Assembly: GCA_052327205.1 (NCBI GenBank)
Contig: CM126223.1
Coordinates: 12,462,001-12,526,000 of the forward strand
Reading direction: 5' to 3'
DNA length: 64,000 nucleotides
Source: Somniosus microcephalus
Taxonomy: Eukaryota
In this document: piece by piece, positions 23,999 to 35,434 of the stretch
Numbering within the stretch: the first letter of the stretch is position 1
How the letters are laid out: the number at the start of each line of letters is the position of its first letter
Made by a program: the position numbers and the translations under genes
Notes under the pieces: model-generated
What the model was told of the DNA's origin: nothing
Database searches by the model: none
Seen by the model: only the letters and a program-made list of their open reading frames with translations

Positions 23999-26277
23999 GT
24001 AAGGACAAATGTGAATTCTTTCAGTCTTCAGTTGAGTACCTGGGGCATGTGATTGACGCTACTGGCCTGCATAAGGCGCCGTCAAAGGTCAAGGCGATCG
24101 TGGAGGCCCCAGCACCCCAGAATGTGAGCCAGTTACATTCATTTCTGGGGCTACTTAACTACTATGGGAAGTTTATTCCAGACTTAGCAACATTGCTGAA
24201 GCCGTTACATCAGTTGCTATGTCAAGGCAAAACATGGAAATGGACTGAACTGTGCAATGAAGCTTTTGCCCAAGCAAAGAAAGCATTGCTGAAATCGGAG
24301 GTCCTGACACACTTCGACCCAAAGCTAACCGTGCAGCTAGCATGTGATGCGTCACCATATGGTGTGGGAGTAGTCATATCCCACATCATGCCTTCTGGTG
24401 AAGAGAAACCTATCGCCTTCGCATCACGCACCTTGAACAAGGCCAAGAGTAACCATGCACAGATTGAGCGCGAGGCCTTGGGAATCATTTTTGGAATTCG
24501 AAAATTTCATCAGTACCTGTTTGGGAGAAGGTTCACACTCCTGACGGACCACCGTCCATTGACTTCAATCTTCGGGCCCCACACCAGAATTCCGTCTCTT
24601 GCTGCAAGCAGGATGCAAAGGTGGGCTTTACTGTTGTCAGGACACACAAACGACATCAAATATCGCAAATCAGACTTGCACGGCAACGCAGACGGTCTCT
24701 CGAGGCTACCCTTGCCTGTTACTCCCCCAGAGCCTCGTCAGATAGACATCTTCTACTTTAGACAAGTGGAGGGAGCACCTGTCACGGCAGTTCAGGTGCG
24801 AAGGTATACCCGCAATGATCCAGTCCTGTCTGAGGTAATGGACAATGTCGTTCGAGGGAGAGCTATAGGAGATTCTCCTAGTTTGAAACCTTACATTTCA
24901 AAAAGAAATGAGCTCTCCGTCCAGGCAGGTTGTCTTCTTTGGGGACGCCGTGTCATCATTCCGCCACCTCTGAGGGAACCTATACTGCAACAACTTCATA
25001 CAAGCCACAGTGGGATGGTTCGGATGAAGGAAATGGCAAGAAGCTACTTCTGGTGGCCAGGTCTTGATGGAAATATTGAGGAGAAAGCCAAAACATGTTC
25101 CCCATGTCAAAGAGTCCGGAATGTTCCACAGCTGGCAACCCTACACCCCTGGGATTGGCCTGCAGAAGTGTGGCAGCGAGTACATGTGGACTTCGCTGGT
25201 CCTTTCGAAGAGAAGATGTTTATGGTGGTTGTGGATGCTCGTAGCAAGTGGCCGGAGGTCGCTGTGATGAGGTCTACCACGGCAGAGAAAACAATTGAGA
25301 AACTTGGTGAGATGTTCAGCCGTTATGGCTCACCGGAACAACTCGTAAGTGACAATGGTCCACAATTTGTATCACAGGAGTTTGCAACCTTCCTGCATGT
25401 GAATGGTGTCCAACACATCAGGTCTGTGCCCTATCATCCCTCTACTAACGGCCTGGCAGAAAGGTTCGTGCAACCTTTGAAGCACGCCTTGAAGGCATCG
25501 CAAGGTCAGGGCTCCATCCACCAACGTCTGAACAGCTTCCTGTTGTCCTACAGGAATGAGCCGCATGCCACAACCAAAACTTCCCCCGCTTCGCTCATGA
25601 TGAAGAGGCAGTTGCGGACAAGTTTTGACTTACTCAAACCTCCAAGGGCAGAACAGGTTGTCCATTGTCAACAACAAGCTCAAGTTGAAAAGAGAGAGAA
25701 AAGAGCCAAGGAGAGACGGTTTCACCCTGGAGAGCACGTCCTAGCTCGAAACTACAACACTGGACTGAAATGGGTTCCTGCTACGGTGATCGCGCAGACA
25801 GGCCCTGTGTCTTACATGGTTGAGACTGCCGAGGACATCGTCTGGAGAAGACACACAGATCAACTGTTGCTAGGAGCAGAGACAGCCACAGAGGCTCCAA
25901 CGGCTGGTCGGCCTGAACTGTTTACGGATGATACCGCAAACCAGCATCCTTTGCCACAGTGCTCTTCTCCAACACAGGAAGTCATAGAGATTGTTCCACC
26001 TGTGCAAACTCCTGACTTTCGACTGACACAGGCACCTTCTCCATCCAGGTCTGTGTCAATGCCTACTGCTGTGGAAGCCAGCGATGACCACCGGTATCCT
26101 GTCAGGGAGCTTGGATCTGTAGGCTTAGTGACTTACCCACAAGACTGAGGCAGAATAAACCCCAGGGTAAAGTCAGGGTTTGAGGCAGTCTACCTCTACC
26201 CTTGGTTAGTGAGTGCATTGAAAGTAACTTACCTGTTGAGGAATAATGTGGACCTTTCATTTAAGAGAGGAGGAATA

Positions 26278-26480
26278 TGTTATGTATTGTGTGTTCTCCT
26301 CCCACCTGTGGTGGTGCTGTCACAGCAGATAAATGGTTGGGTGTTCTCTTGGTTAAGTTTAGCTCTCTTTGTTCGGAACTTTCCAGAACTTCCTTTCCTT
26401 CCTGAATAAAGCACTTCATGTTTGAATCTCTGAGTTCTGAGTCCTAAATTGTGTCTAGGTAGAAAGGTACTGACACAACA
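26278..26480 (+). repeat. 3' LTR
   Basis: Follows PPT AAGAGAGGAGGAA; followed by TSD AAGAC. Confidence 0.97.
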
Positions 26481-27269
26481 AAGACAAGACTAAAGGCCCC
26501 AGTCCACACAGCTCTTGGATCATGTGGAACTGAATACCATCAAACATACTTCTGATATCTCAGTCAAGCACTTTATTTTCCCACCTTCTAGCCAAAAAAT
26601 TTCATTTTTTTGTAAAATAAAACACTTACTCGCAAGTGTTATAAACACTGGAGGTCTGCCTGTGATGTTTATATTTCTGCTGGAGGCTCACAGTGACGGC
26701 TGTCCTTGGTTTAAACTGCTTCCTCACACGTCGAACGAAAGATCATATCGCTTGGTTCAACCCCCACCCTATCTTCCCTACACCGCACCCTCTTACCCCG
26801 GCTAGGGCTTGTATTGCACTGCGTCTGTTCACAGGCCAAGCTTGCTTGTGCGGCCTAGGTGATTATCCTACTGTTAGGGGGAATTTCGCATCACAGAAGT
26901 CGGCTTCGGTCTGTGCCTTTCACTTTGGCAGCTGAGCCTGAATTATTTTTCAAGCCTAAAAGTGACTCAGCTCATCAGAATGTCGTCGACTCCACTTAAG
27001 TGAATGCTCCAAGATCAAGTATTATAGCGTTAGAAATAAATCTGCCTTATTCATGCCTCTGACGCACTAATCAGCTTTACTGCTGAACGTGTATTCTTGC
27101 AGAAAATGTCGTTACTGTGATGTGCACAACACTGAACACCTTTAGTGAATCTGGGGCAGGTAAAAATCAAATATATACCTGATAGCGTTTCTGATTTCAG
27201 AAGAGAGTTTATACAAGGATGTCAAGGCCTTAATGGTACCAGGGATGAGGGATGCCAGTAATGTGGAAG

Positions 27270-27581
27270 GACGGTGGCATAGTGGTTAGCACTGTTGCCT
27301 CACAGCACCAGGGACCCGGGTTCAAATCTGGCCTTGCGTGACTGTCTGTGTGGAGTTTGCACATTCTCCCTGTGTTTGCGTGGGTTTCCTCCGGGTGCTC
27401 TGGTTTCCTCCCACAGTCCAAAGATGTGCAGGTTAGGTTGATTGGCTATGATAAATTGACCCTTAGTGTTAGGGGGATTAAAATGTGTGGGGTTACGGAG
27501 ATAGGGTGGGATATGTGTCGGTGCAGGCTCGATGGGCCGAAATGGCCTCTATCTGCACTGTGGGGTTTCTGTGATTCTGTG
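27270..27581 (+). mobile_element. HE1-type V-SINE
   Basis: Same head, core and tail as 2045-2403. Confidence 0.9.
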
Positions 27582-27987
27582 ACTGGAGAAGCTGGGATTG
27601 TTCTCCTTGGAGCAGAGAAGGTTAACGGGAGATTTAATAGAGGTGTTCAAAATTATGAAGGCTTTAATAGAGTAGATCGGGAGAAACTGTTTCCAGTGGC
27701 AGGAGGGTCAGTAACCAGAGGACACAGATTTAAGGTCATTGGCAAATGAACCAGAGGGGAGATGAGGAGAGTTTTTTTACACAGCGAGTTGTTATGATCT
27801 GGAATGCACTGCCTGGAAGGGCGGTGGAAGCAGATTCAGTAATAACTTTCAAAAGGGAATTGAAAAGGAAAAATTTGCAGCTCTGGGGAAGAGCAGGGGG
27901 AGTGGGACTAATTGGAGAGCTCTTTCAAAGAGCCGGCACAGGCACGATGGGCCGAATAGCCTCCTGCTGTGCTGTATGATTCTATGA
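27582..27987 (+). mobile_element. CR1 3' fragment
   Basis: VDREKLFPVAGGSVTRGHRFKV, FFTQRVVMIWNALP. Confidence 0.85.
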
Positions 27988-28309
27988 GTATGTGCAATGC
28001 TGGTTCTTTGATGAAAGACAGTATTTTGAATGTGTACAGATTTTGTGTTCCATGTATGCTATGTTAATTCAAGGGAATGGCACTTGTCATTTCAGGGACC
28101 TTGTGTCAGCATCAGGCACTCCCAGGTCAGGTAAAACGTGGGGAGTTGTTGAGTAAATCTCTCCACAGTCTGCCCCATCGATATGGCACAGTCTCAGGGT
28201 CAGTCCCAGCCTCGCTAACTTAATGTGATTAGTGCTGAATTAGAAGCTGTTTTATGCTGTGGGCACTAGATCAAGAATCCACAAACTTATTTCAGATATG
28301 GGAACCCTT

Positions 28310-28682
28310 ACAGACAGCAAAGGAGACTGGAGCGGTTCATTGTCATATGGTAGAACAATAGTGGAGTGATGGTAATGAAGACAAGTACCTCATGGTGAAA
28401 AGCTAGAAACAGTGGAGGTCCAAAGAGACTTGGGGGTCCAGGTACGTAGATCATTAAAATGTCATGGACAGGTACAAAAAATAATCAAAAAGGCTAACGC
28501 TGGCCTTTATATCTAGAGGACTAGAGTACAAGGGGGCAGAAGTTATGCTGCAGCTGTACAAAGCCCTGGGTAGACCACACCTGGAGCACTGGGAGCAGTT
28601 CTGGGCACCACACCTTAGGAAGGATATATTGGCCTTGGAGGGAGTGCAGCGTAGGTTTACCAGAATGGTACCTGGACTTCAA
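28310..28682 (+). mobile_element. CR1 RT fragment
   Basis: QRDLGVQV...LYKALGRPHLEH.EQFWAPHLRKDILALE. Confidence 0.8.
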
Positions 28683-29160
28683 GGCCTAAAAATTAGGTTG
28701 CTTTGCGCCTCCCATTAGCTCCCTAAGAGGGCACTAAAGGGGCGCAAAGCAACTAGCGCCCGGGCGCGGCGCCGCCAACGCCTCCTGCGAAATTCAGCGG
28801 GCGGTTAGCGGCGGCGGTAACCATTAGTGCTCCGTGGCGATGACATCATCGCCATGCACAGCGCCCCAGCTGCGATCTTCGGCAGTGCCCCCTGACTTAC
28901 CCCTGGATGCTATGTCCGACGAGGTCAGGGGGGCCTACCTACGGCCGGGGCGGTGCTAATTAAAGGCGAGGTGCCGGGTGGTCCTTTTTGTTGCTGGCCG
29001 CCTGCCAGCACCTGCCCCCTCTGCTGTCCCCGGCCTCCTCTGAAGCCCCCCACCGTGGAGTGCCGGCTGCGCTCTTTTGCTGGAACTCCGATCCCCCGTG
29101 GCCCAGCTGGGCCCCGGGTCGCGCTGGATGGTTTGTTGCAGCCGTGATATTGCAGAGGGC
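28683..29160. mobile_element. GC-rich non-autonomous DNA element (PHIS/Harbinger-like)
   Basis: Starts GGCCTAAAAATT, similar to the TIR at 35435; CpG-rich with internal palindromes; right end unclear. Confidence 0.45.
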
Positions 29161-29249
29161 TAAAGTGGGATAGTATGGTTGTGACTAAATCCCACCCAAG
29201 TAGCTTGCATTGTATGTGTCTGGGCCTCAGTTTATGCATAAGGCTATCA

Positions 29250-29760
29250 GCCTTGGTCAGTGGTAACACTCCTCCCTTGAGGCAGCAGATTTCAGCCCCA
29301 CTCCAGAGGCTGAAGCACATAATCCCGGCTGATATTTTAGTTCAGTATTGAGTGATATCTGGTAAGCATGCACTTCAGATATTATATTCCATTCCATTCA
29401 ACTTATATCCTGCCCTTGTTCTTCCTTCTTCTCTTGCGGTCTTAGAGGGGCCGTCTTTCAGGTGAGATGTTAAATCGTCTGCCCTCTCAGCTGGGTGTAA
29501 ATGATCCTGCGGCACTATTGCAGGAAGAGCAGAAGAGTTCTCCCGGTGTCCCAGCCAACATTCCTCCCTCAATCAGCACCAAAACAGATTAACTGATCAT
29601 TCATCTCATTGCTGTTTGTGGGACCTTGCTGTGTGCAGATTGGTTGCTGTGTTTCCCCACATTACAGGGACCACACTTCAAAAGTACTTCATGGGCTGTG
29701 AAGCATTTTAGGGCGTCCTGAGGATGTGAAAGGCGCTATGGAAATGTAAGTTTGTTCTTT
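29250..29760 (+). mobile_element. Deu-domain SINE
   Basis: Head, Deu core and tail; ~90-bp unrelated stretch near 29355-29440. Confidence 0.75.
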
Positions 29761-30696
29761 ATTCCTCTCTTGCTTATTTCAGAGGCTGAAAATGTGCAGT
29801 TTACGTTTATGGGCTTTAAGTTCATGGTCTGTGATGCAGAATGCAGAATGTTTAAGTTGTTAGGATCTGGAACATAACACAATGCCTGAAAGGGCGATGG
29901 AAGCAGATTCAGCAGTAACTTTCAAAAGCGACTGAAAAGGAAAAATTTGCAGGGATTATGGAGCAAGAGGAGGGGAGTGGGACGAGTTGGAGAGCTCTTT
30001 CAATGAGCTGGCACAGGCACGATGGGCTGAATGGCCTCCTCTGTGCGGTAAGGCTCTATGATTCTATTCTATAAGTGTACAACAGTGAAGGCAAGGAAGT
30101 CGAGTCACGGGTAATGCAGCTCCACCTCATCCTCTACGTCAATTATATCATTCTAAGAGGAAAAGACTTATTAAATCATCTGAGTGTGAGAGGGATTGTA
30201 AAGCTAAGAACCCTGGACAATAGGAAATTGCACAGATACGTTGTCACCTCTGCGCATAGTTTCACTGACCGGTCCATTGTCACCCAGAGATACCTGGGAA
30301 ATACCCAGTGCAGAGATTGTAATCCTTTCCATTTAACTTATATCCTGCCCTCTTCTCCCATCTCCTGTGATGGTGCTGACCCTTGCTGCCATACGTTTGA
30401 TAGGTACCAGCAGCTCTCTCGGACCTCATCCAAAGCCCACCCTTCACAGTGGGCCGTTGGGAATAGCAGCAACTCAATTTGTACAGCACCTTTAAGATTA
30501 AGGAATGTCCCCATGGTGCATCACGACTAGACACAAGGCTGCTCTTCCCGGAAGTGTGAATGTCAGCATGCTATTTGACAATGGGTGGCATCACATCCCA
30601 GTCCAGTCTGGATTCCATATGGCATCTACACACATCCAAGCTCCAGCACAGGCCACGGAAGCCAGGCTGTGTTTGCTATTCCCCTGTGTAAGGCGC

Positions 30697-31150
30697 CAGC
30701 CTTGGCTCAGTGGGTCGCACTCTCACCATTGAGTCAGAAGGTCGTATGTTCAAGCTTTACTCCAGAGACTTGAGCACAGAATCCAGGCTGACACTTCAGG
30801 GCCGTACTGAGGGAGTGCTGCTCTGTCGGAGGTGCTGTCTTCCAGATGAGAAGTTAAACTGTAACCCTGTCTATCCCCTCAGGTGGATATAAAAGATCCC
30901 ATGGCACTATTGGAAGAGCAGCAGGGGAGTTCTCCCCGGTGTCCTGACCAATATATATCCCTCAACCAACTCCGCCAGAAACAAATTATCTGGCCATCAC
31001 CTCACTGCTGTTTGTGGGAGCTTGCTGTGCCCAAATTGGCTACCAGGTTTCCTACATTGCAACAGTGACTACACTTCAAAAAGGACTTCATTGGTTGTGA
31101 GGCGCTTTGGGAGGTCCTGAGATTGTGAAAGGTGCTGGAGAGATGCAATT
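30697..31150 (+). mobile_element. Deu-domain SINE, near full length
   Basis: GGCTCAGTGG...GAGTCAGAAGGT head, Deu core and tail. Confidence 0.85.
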
Positions 31151-31596
31151 CATTCTGAAAAGGGAGTTGGTGCTGAAATAAGAGAGGAGCAAAAATCATG
31201 AGCAGGTGACTTGAAATCAGAAGAAAGAAGTCGAGAGATCTCGAGGGACGGAAGAGAAAGGAGGGAGCTCATTAGAATTTAACAGTAGTGCTAGGACAGT
31301 TGAGAGCGAGAGATATGAGGGATAATCAGATAAAGTAACAAAAGTTTTGCCCCTAGTGCGTTTCTCCTGTATATGTAGGGTGCGATGCACACAGATTGGC
31401 TAGAATTTGACATTCCCTATAAAGGAACCAATCACAAAAATTCCCATTCGCATAAATTACTGTGCTAAGTCTTTGGGTGGCCATGTTGGTTCACTACTTT
31501 ACACCCTTAAAAATAAAATTTGTAACACAAGATAATTATTATAAAACCTATGAAGAAAACTGACAAAACTTACCCATTTAATCTTCCGGTACTTAC

Positions 31597-31785
31597 AACC
31601 TCCTCTCGTCCCCACAACTCCTCCCCTCTCCGTTCAAGGAGCTTGGATCCGTGATCTTGAGCCCTGGCTCGCCGTGTTTCCCGTGCCGCCCTGTGGGTGC
31701 ATGACCTCCGAACTCTGTGCTCCTTGCCGCGTCTGTCCTGCCTTTCAGTGGTATGTTTGATGAGTGAGCAATGTTTTCCTGGCTT
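31597..31785 (-). other. Candidate spliced exon (189 nt), product unrecognised
   Basis: Pyrimidine-rich tract and CAG acceptor, GTAAGT donor (second GTAAGT 23 nt further); two frames open; not similar to the TEs seen here. Confidence 0.3.
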
Positions 31786-32019
31786 CTGCCCAAGTGCGGT
31801 AAAGTGAAAAGAGCAGAGGATAAAAAAAAAGTCTAGAGGGAAGGAAAAACAAGACAAAAGCCTAAAGAGTGGGAGAAGAGAGAAAAGGAATCCAGAAGGG
31901 AGAAGGAAAAGAAGAGGGGTAGGAGAGAAGGATGATGTTTAGAAAAACAACCACTCGTATCTCACTGAGAAGGAGACAACAGGAGGTCCCCTCAGCTTCT
32001 GAGATGGTGATACGAAAGA

Positions 32020-32470
32020 CTTTCAGTCATATCGCACCTTTCACAACCTCAGATTGTCCCAAAGCGCTTTGCTGCCAATTAAATACTTTTGAAGTGGAGT
32101 CACTGTTGTAGGGAAACATGGCAGCCAATTTGCGCACAGCAAGCTCCCACAAACAGCAATGAGATAATGACCAGAAAATCTGCTTTATTGATTTTGATTG
32201 AGGGATAAATATTGGCCAGGACACCGGAGAGAACTCCCCTGCTCTTCTTTGAAATAGTGCCGTGGGATCTTTTACATCCACCTGAGAGAGCAGACGGGGC
32301 CTCGGTTCAACATCTCACCAAAAGACGGCACCTCCGACAGTGCAGCACTCCCTCAGCACTGCACTGGAGTGTCAGCCTAGATTTTTGTGCTCAAACCTCA
32401 TGGAGTGTGGATTGAACCCACAACCTTCTGACTCAGAGATGAGAGTGCTGCCCACTGAGACAAGACTGAC
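32020..32470 (-). mobile_element. Deu-domain SINE, near full length
   Basis: Reverse complement of the same family. Confidence 0.85.
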
Positions 32471-33198
32471 ACCACCATGAAGCACCAACATGTAGTGCCA
32501 TGCTATGCCAGTGGGGAGGATGGGCGTTCATTTCCCCATTCCAGGCACGCTGATGTGCAGAGCTCTGAGTAAGGGCCATGAAACCTGGCTGCAGGGGTGA
32601 GGGAGGAATGGAAGTGATTCAGATGACAGTGACTGATTAATCCAATGAATTATACAGGGCTAAAATAATACTTATCAATTTGGAATCAAATGCCATTGAG
32701 ATGAATCCCCACCAGATTAGCCTATGAGAACAGCTTCACAGTGACTGGAGGCTTTCAGCAAATACTTGTTTCAGCACCTTTTTATTTCTCTCTTCTATCA
32801 GGGGACAAATTGGGGCTAGGCTTGTCTGGCCCTACTTTTATATCACACTTTCTCAAAATAGGCCCCAACCATTATGTTCTCTGAGGGTTTGGTGGTGTTT
32901 GAGTAGACACCTGTTGAGTCCCATTGGAGTTGAGTTGAACCCAATCCTATAATTCCAATTGGCCGACTTAAAAGAAGGCATTTTCGTGTCATGTAATGGT
33001 GCCACCCCTTTGAGGGGCAAACACTTGATGTAGCCCCATGGGGTAGGTTTAGGCCAATCTCACAATTCCCACTGGTCTATCTATAATAGGAACAGACCCA
33101 TAGAGCAAGAGGAACTTCTTCACACACAGAGTTGAGGCTGTGGAATTCGCTTCCTGGGTTAGTATTTCAGGCAGAAAATTTGTCAACATTCAAGATGA

Positions 33199-35278
33199 GA
33201 AAGACAGCAAAAAATAACAAAAAGATTGATTAAGAAAGGGAAGATAGATTATGAAAGTAAATTAGCAAAAAATATAAAAACAGATAGTAAGAGTTTTTAT
33301 AGTTACATAAAAAGAAAAAGGATGGCTAAAGTAAATGTTGGTCCCTTAAAGGATGAGACCGGGAAATTAATGGTGGGAAATATGGAGATGGCAAAAACAC
33401 TGAATGAATATTTTGTATCAGTCTTTACAGTAGAGGACACTAAGAATATCCCAACACTGGACAAACAGGGGGCTATAGGGGGGGAGGAGCTAAACACGAT
33501 CAAAATCACTAAGGAAGTGGTACTCGGTAAAATAATGGGACTCAAGGCGGATAAATCACCTGGACCTGATGGTTTACATCCTAGGGTCTTGAGGGAAGTG
33601 GCGGTAGGGATTGTGGATGCATTAGTAATAATTTTCCAAAACTCCCTGGACTCAGCAAAGGTCCCGGCAGACTGGAAAACTGCTAATGTAACACCCTTAT
33701 TTAAAAAGGGCAGTAGACAGAAGGCTGGAAACTATAGACTAGTTAGCCTAACATCTGTGGTAGGTAAAATGTTGGAGTCCATTATTAAGGAGACAGTAAC
33801 AGGACATTTGGATAATCATAATTTAATAGGACAAAGGCAGCATGGTTTTATGAAGGGGAAGTCATGTTTGACAAATTTGCTGGAGTTCTTTGTGGAAGTA
33901 ACATATAGGGTGGATAAAGGGGAACCAGTGGACGTAGTGTATTTAGACTTCCAAAAGGCATTTGACAAGGTGCCACACAAAAGATTATTGCTTAAGATAA
34001 AAAATCACGGGATTGGGGGTAATATTCTGGCATGGATAGAGGATTGGCTATCTAACAGAAGGCAGAGAGTTAGGATAAATGGTTCATTCTCAGACTGGCA
34101 ATCAGTAACTAATGGTGTTCCGCAGGGGTCAGTGCTGGGTCCCCAACTCTTTACAATCTATATTAACGATTTGGAGGAGGGGACCGAGTGTAACATCTCA
34201 AAGTTTGCAGATGATACTAAGATGGGAGGGAAAGTAGTGAGTGAGGAGGACATAAAAAACCTGCAAGGGGACATAGACAGGCTAAGTAAGTGGGCAGAGG
34301 TTTGGCAGATGGAATACAATACTGGAAAGTGTGAGGTTATGCACTTTGGCAGGAAAAATCGTAGAGCAAGTTATTATCTTAATGGCAAGAAACTGGAAAG
34401 TACTGAAGTACAAAGGGATCTGGGGGTCCTGGTGCACGAAACTCAAAAGGTTAGTATGCAGGTGCAGCAAGTGATTAAGAAGGCCAATGGAATGTTGGCT
34501 TTCATTGCTAGGGGGATAGAATATAAAAATAGGGAGGTATTGCTTCAGTTGTACAAGGTATTGGTGAGACCGCACCTGGAATACTGCATACAGTTTTGGT
34601 GTCCATACTTAAGAAAAGACATACTTGCTCTCGAGTCAGTACAAAGAAGGCTCACTCGGTTAATCCCGGGGATGAGGGGATGGACATATGAGGAGAGGTT
34701 GAGTAGATTGGGACTCTACTCATTGGATTTCAGAAGAATGAGAGGTGATCTTATTGAAACATATAAGATTGTGAAGGGGTTGGATCAGGTGGATGCGGGG
34801 TGGATGTTCCCGATGATGGGTGAAACTAGAACTAGGGGGCATAGTCTTAGAATAAGGGGCTGCTCTTTCAAAACTGAGATGAGGAGGAACTACTTCACTC
34901 AGAGGGTGATAGGTCCATGGAATATGCTGCCCCAAAAAGCTGTAGAAGCTACATCATTACATAAATTTAAAACAGAAATAGACAGTTTCCTAGAAGTAAA
35001 GGGAATTAAGGGTTACGGGGAGCGGGCAGAAATTTGGACATGAGTCTAGGTTCGGATCGGACATGGCCCTGTGGGTAGCGGAGCGGGCCCAGGGGCCGTG
35101 TAGCCTGATCCTGCTCCTATTTCGTGTGTCTAATTCTGTTAGATTCAGGAGATGGTTCTGTGATAGTAGTTTGGCGGTTAGGATCAGATCAGCCATGATC
35201 TTATTGAATGGCGGAGCAGGCTCGAGGGGCCGATTGGCCTACTCCTGCTCCTATTTCTTATGTTCTTATGTTCTTATG
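33199..35278 (+). mobile_element. Young 5'-truncated CR1 (HER1-like) LINE
   Basis: Uninterrupted RT ORF, 3' stem-loop and (TTCTTATG)n tail; inserted into an older CR1 3' remnant. Confidence 0.95.
33226..35043 (+). CDS. CR1 ORF2 reverse transcriptase, C-terminal 605 aa (partial; no endonuclease)
   Basis: [48 protein letters not shown]; no stops. Confidence 0.9.
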   Translation: MIKKGKIDYESKLAKNIKTDSKSFYSYIKRKRMAKVNVGPLKDETGKLMVGNMEMAKTLNEYFVSVFTVEDTKNIPTLDKQGAIGGEELNTIKITKEVVLGKIMGLKADKSPGPDGLHPRVLREVAVGIVDALVIIFQNSLDSAKVPADWKTANVTPLFKKGSRQKAGNYRLVSLTSVVGKMLESIIKETVTGHLDNHNLIGQRQHGFMKGKSCLTNLLEFFVEVTYRVDKGEPVDVVYLDFQKAFDKVPHKRLLLKIKNHGIGGNILAWIEDWLSNRRQRVRINGSFSDWQSVTNGVPQGSVLGPQLFTIYINDLEEGTECNISKFADDTKMGGKVVSEEDIKNLQGDIDRLSKWAEVWQMEYNTGKCEVMHFGRKNRRASYYLNGKKLESTEVQRDLGVLVHETQKVSMQVQQVIKKANGMLAFIARGIEYKNREVLLQLYKVLVRPHLEYCIQFWCPYLRKDILALESVQRRLTRLIPGMRGWTYEERLSRLGLYSLDFRRMRGDLIETYKIVKGLDQVDAGWMFPMMGETRTRGHSLRIRGCSFKTEMRRNYFTQRVIGPWNMLPQKAVEATSLHKFKTEIDSFLEVKGIKGYGERAEIWT

Positions 35279-35434
35279 AGATTGGACAGGGGGATGAAGG
35301 GATATGGGAACAGGGTGCGTACATGTGATCATGAGTACCCTGCTCACATGCAGGGTAAACACCGACACAGACCGAATGGCCTGTTTCCATGTTGTAACTT
35401 GTGTGTATGTCTATGTACCAATATGGATTACAAT

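Larger units (their letters stand above)
22371..26148 (+). pseudogene. pol: pol (PR-RT-RNaseH-IN) with two solo-LTR insertions
   Basis: VDTGA protease; RICGDFK and YLDD in RT; LACDASPYG RNase H; HHCC zinc finger, VHVDFAGP, SDNGPQF, NGLAERFV in integrase. Confidence 0.95.
21336..26480 (+). mobile_element. Full-length Ty3/Gypsy (Mag-like) LTR retrotransposon, inactivated
   Basis: 203-bp TG..CA LTRs, 5-bp TSD AAGAC on both sides, PBS, PPT (26263-26275), gag-PR-RT-RH-IN order. Confidence 0.97.

Noticed and set aside
23783-23999. Solo LTR as a precisely spliceable intron (GTAAGT...CAG formed by TSD and LTR ends)
   Set aside because: Splicing would remove 217 nt rather than the 216 needed, causing a frameshift; the polypyrimidine tract is also weak.
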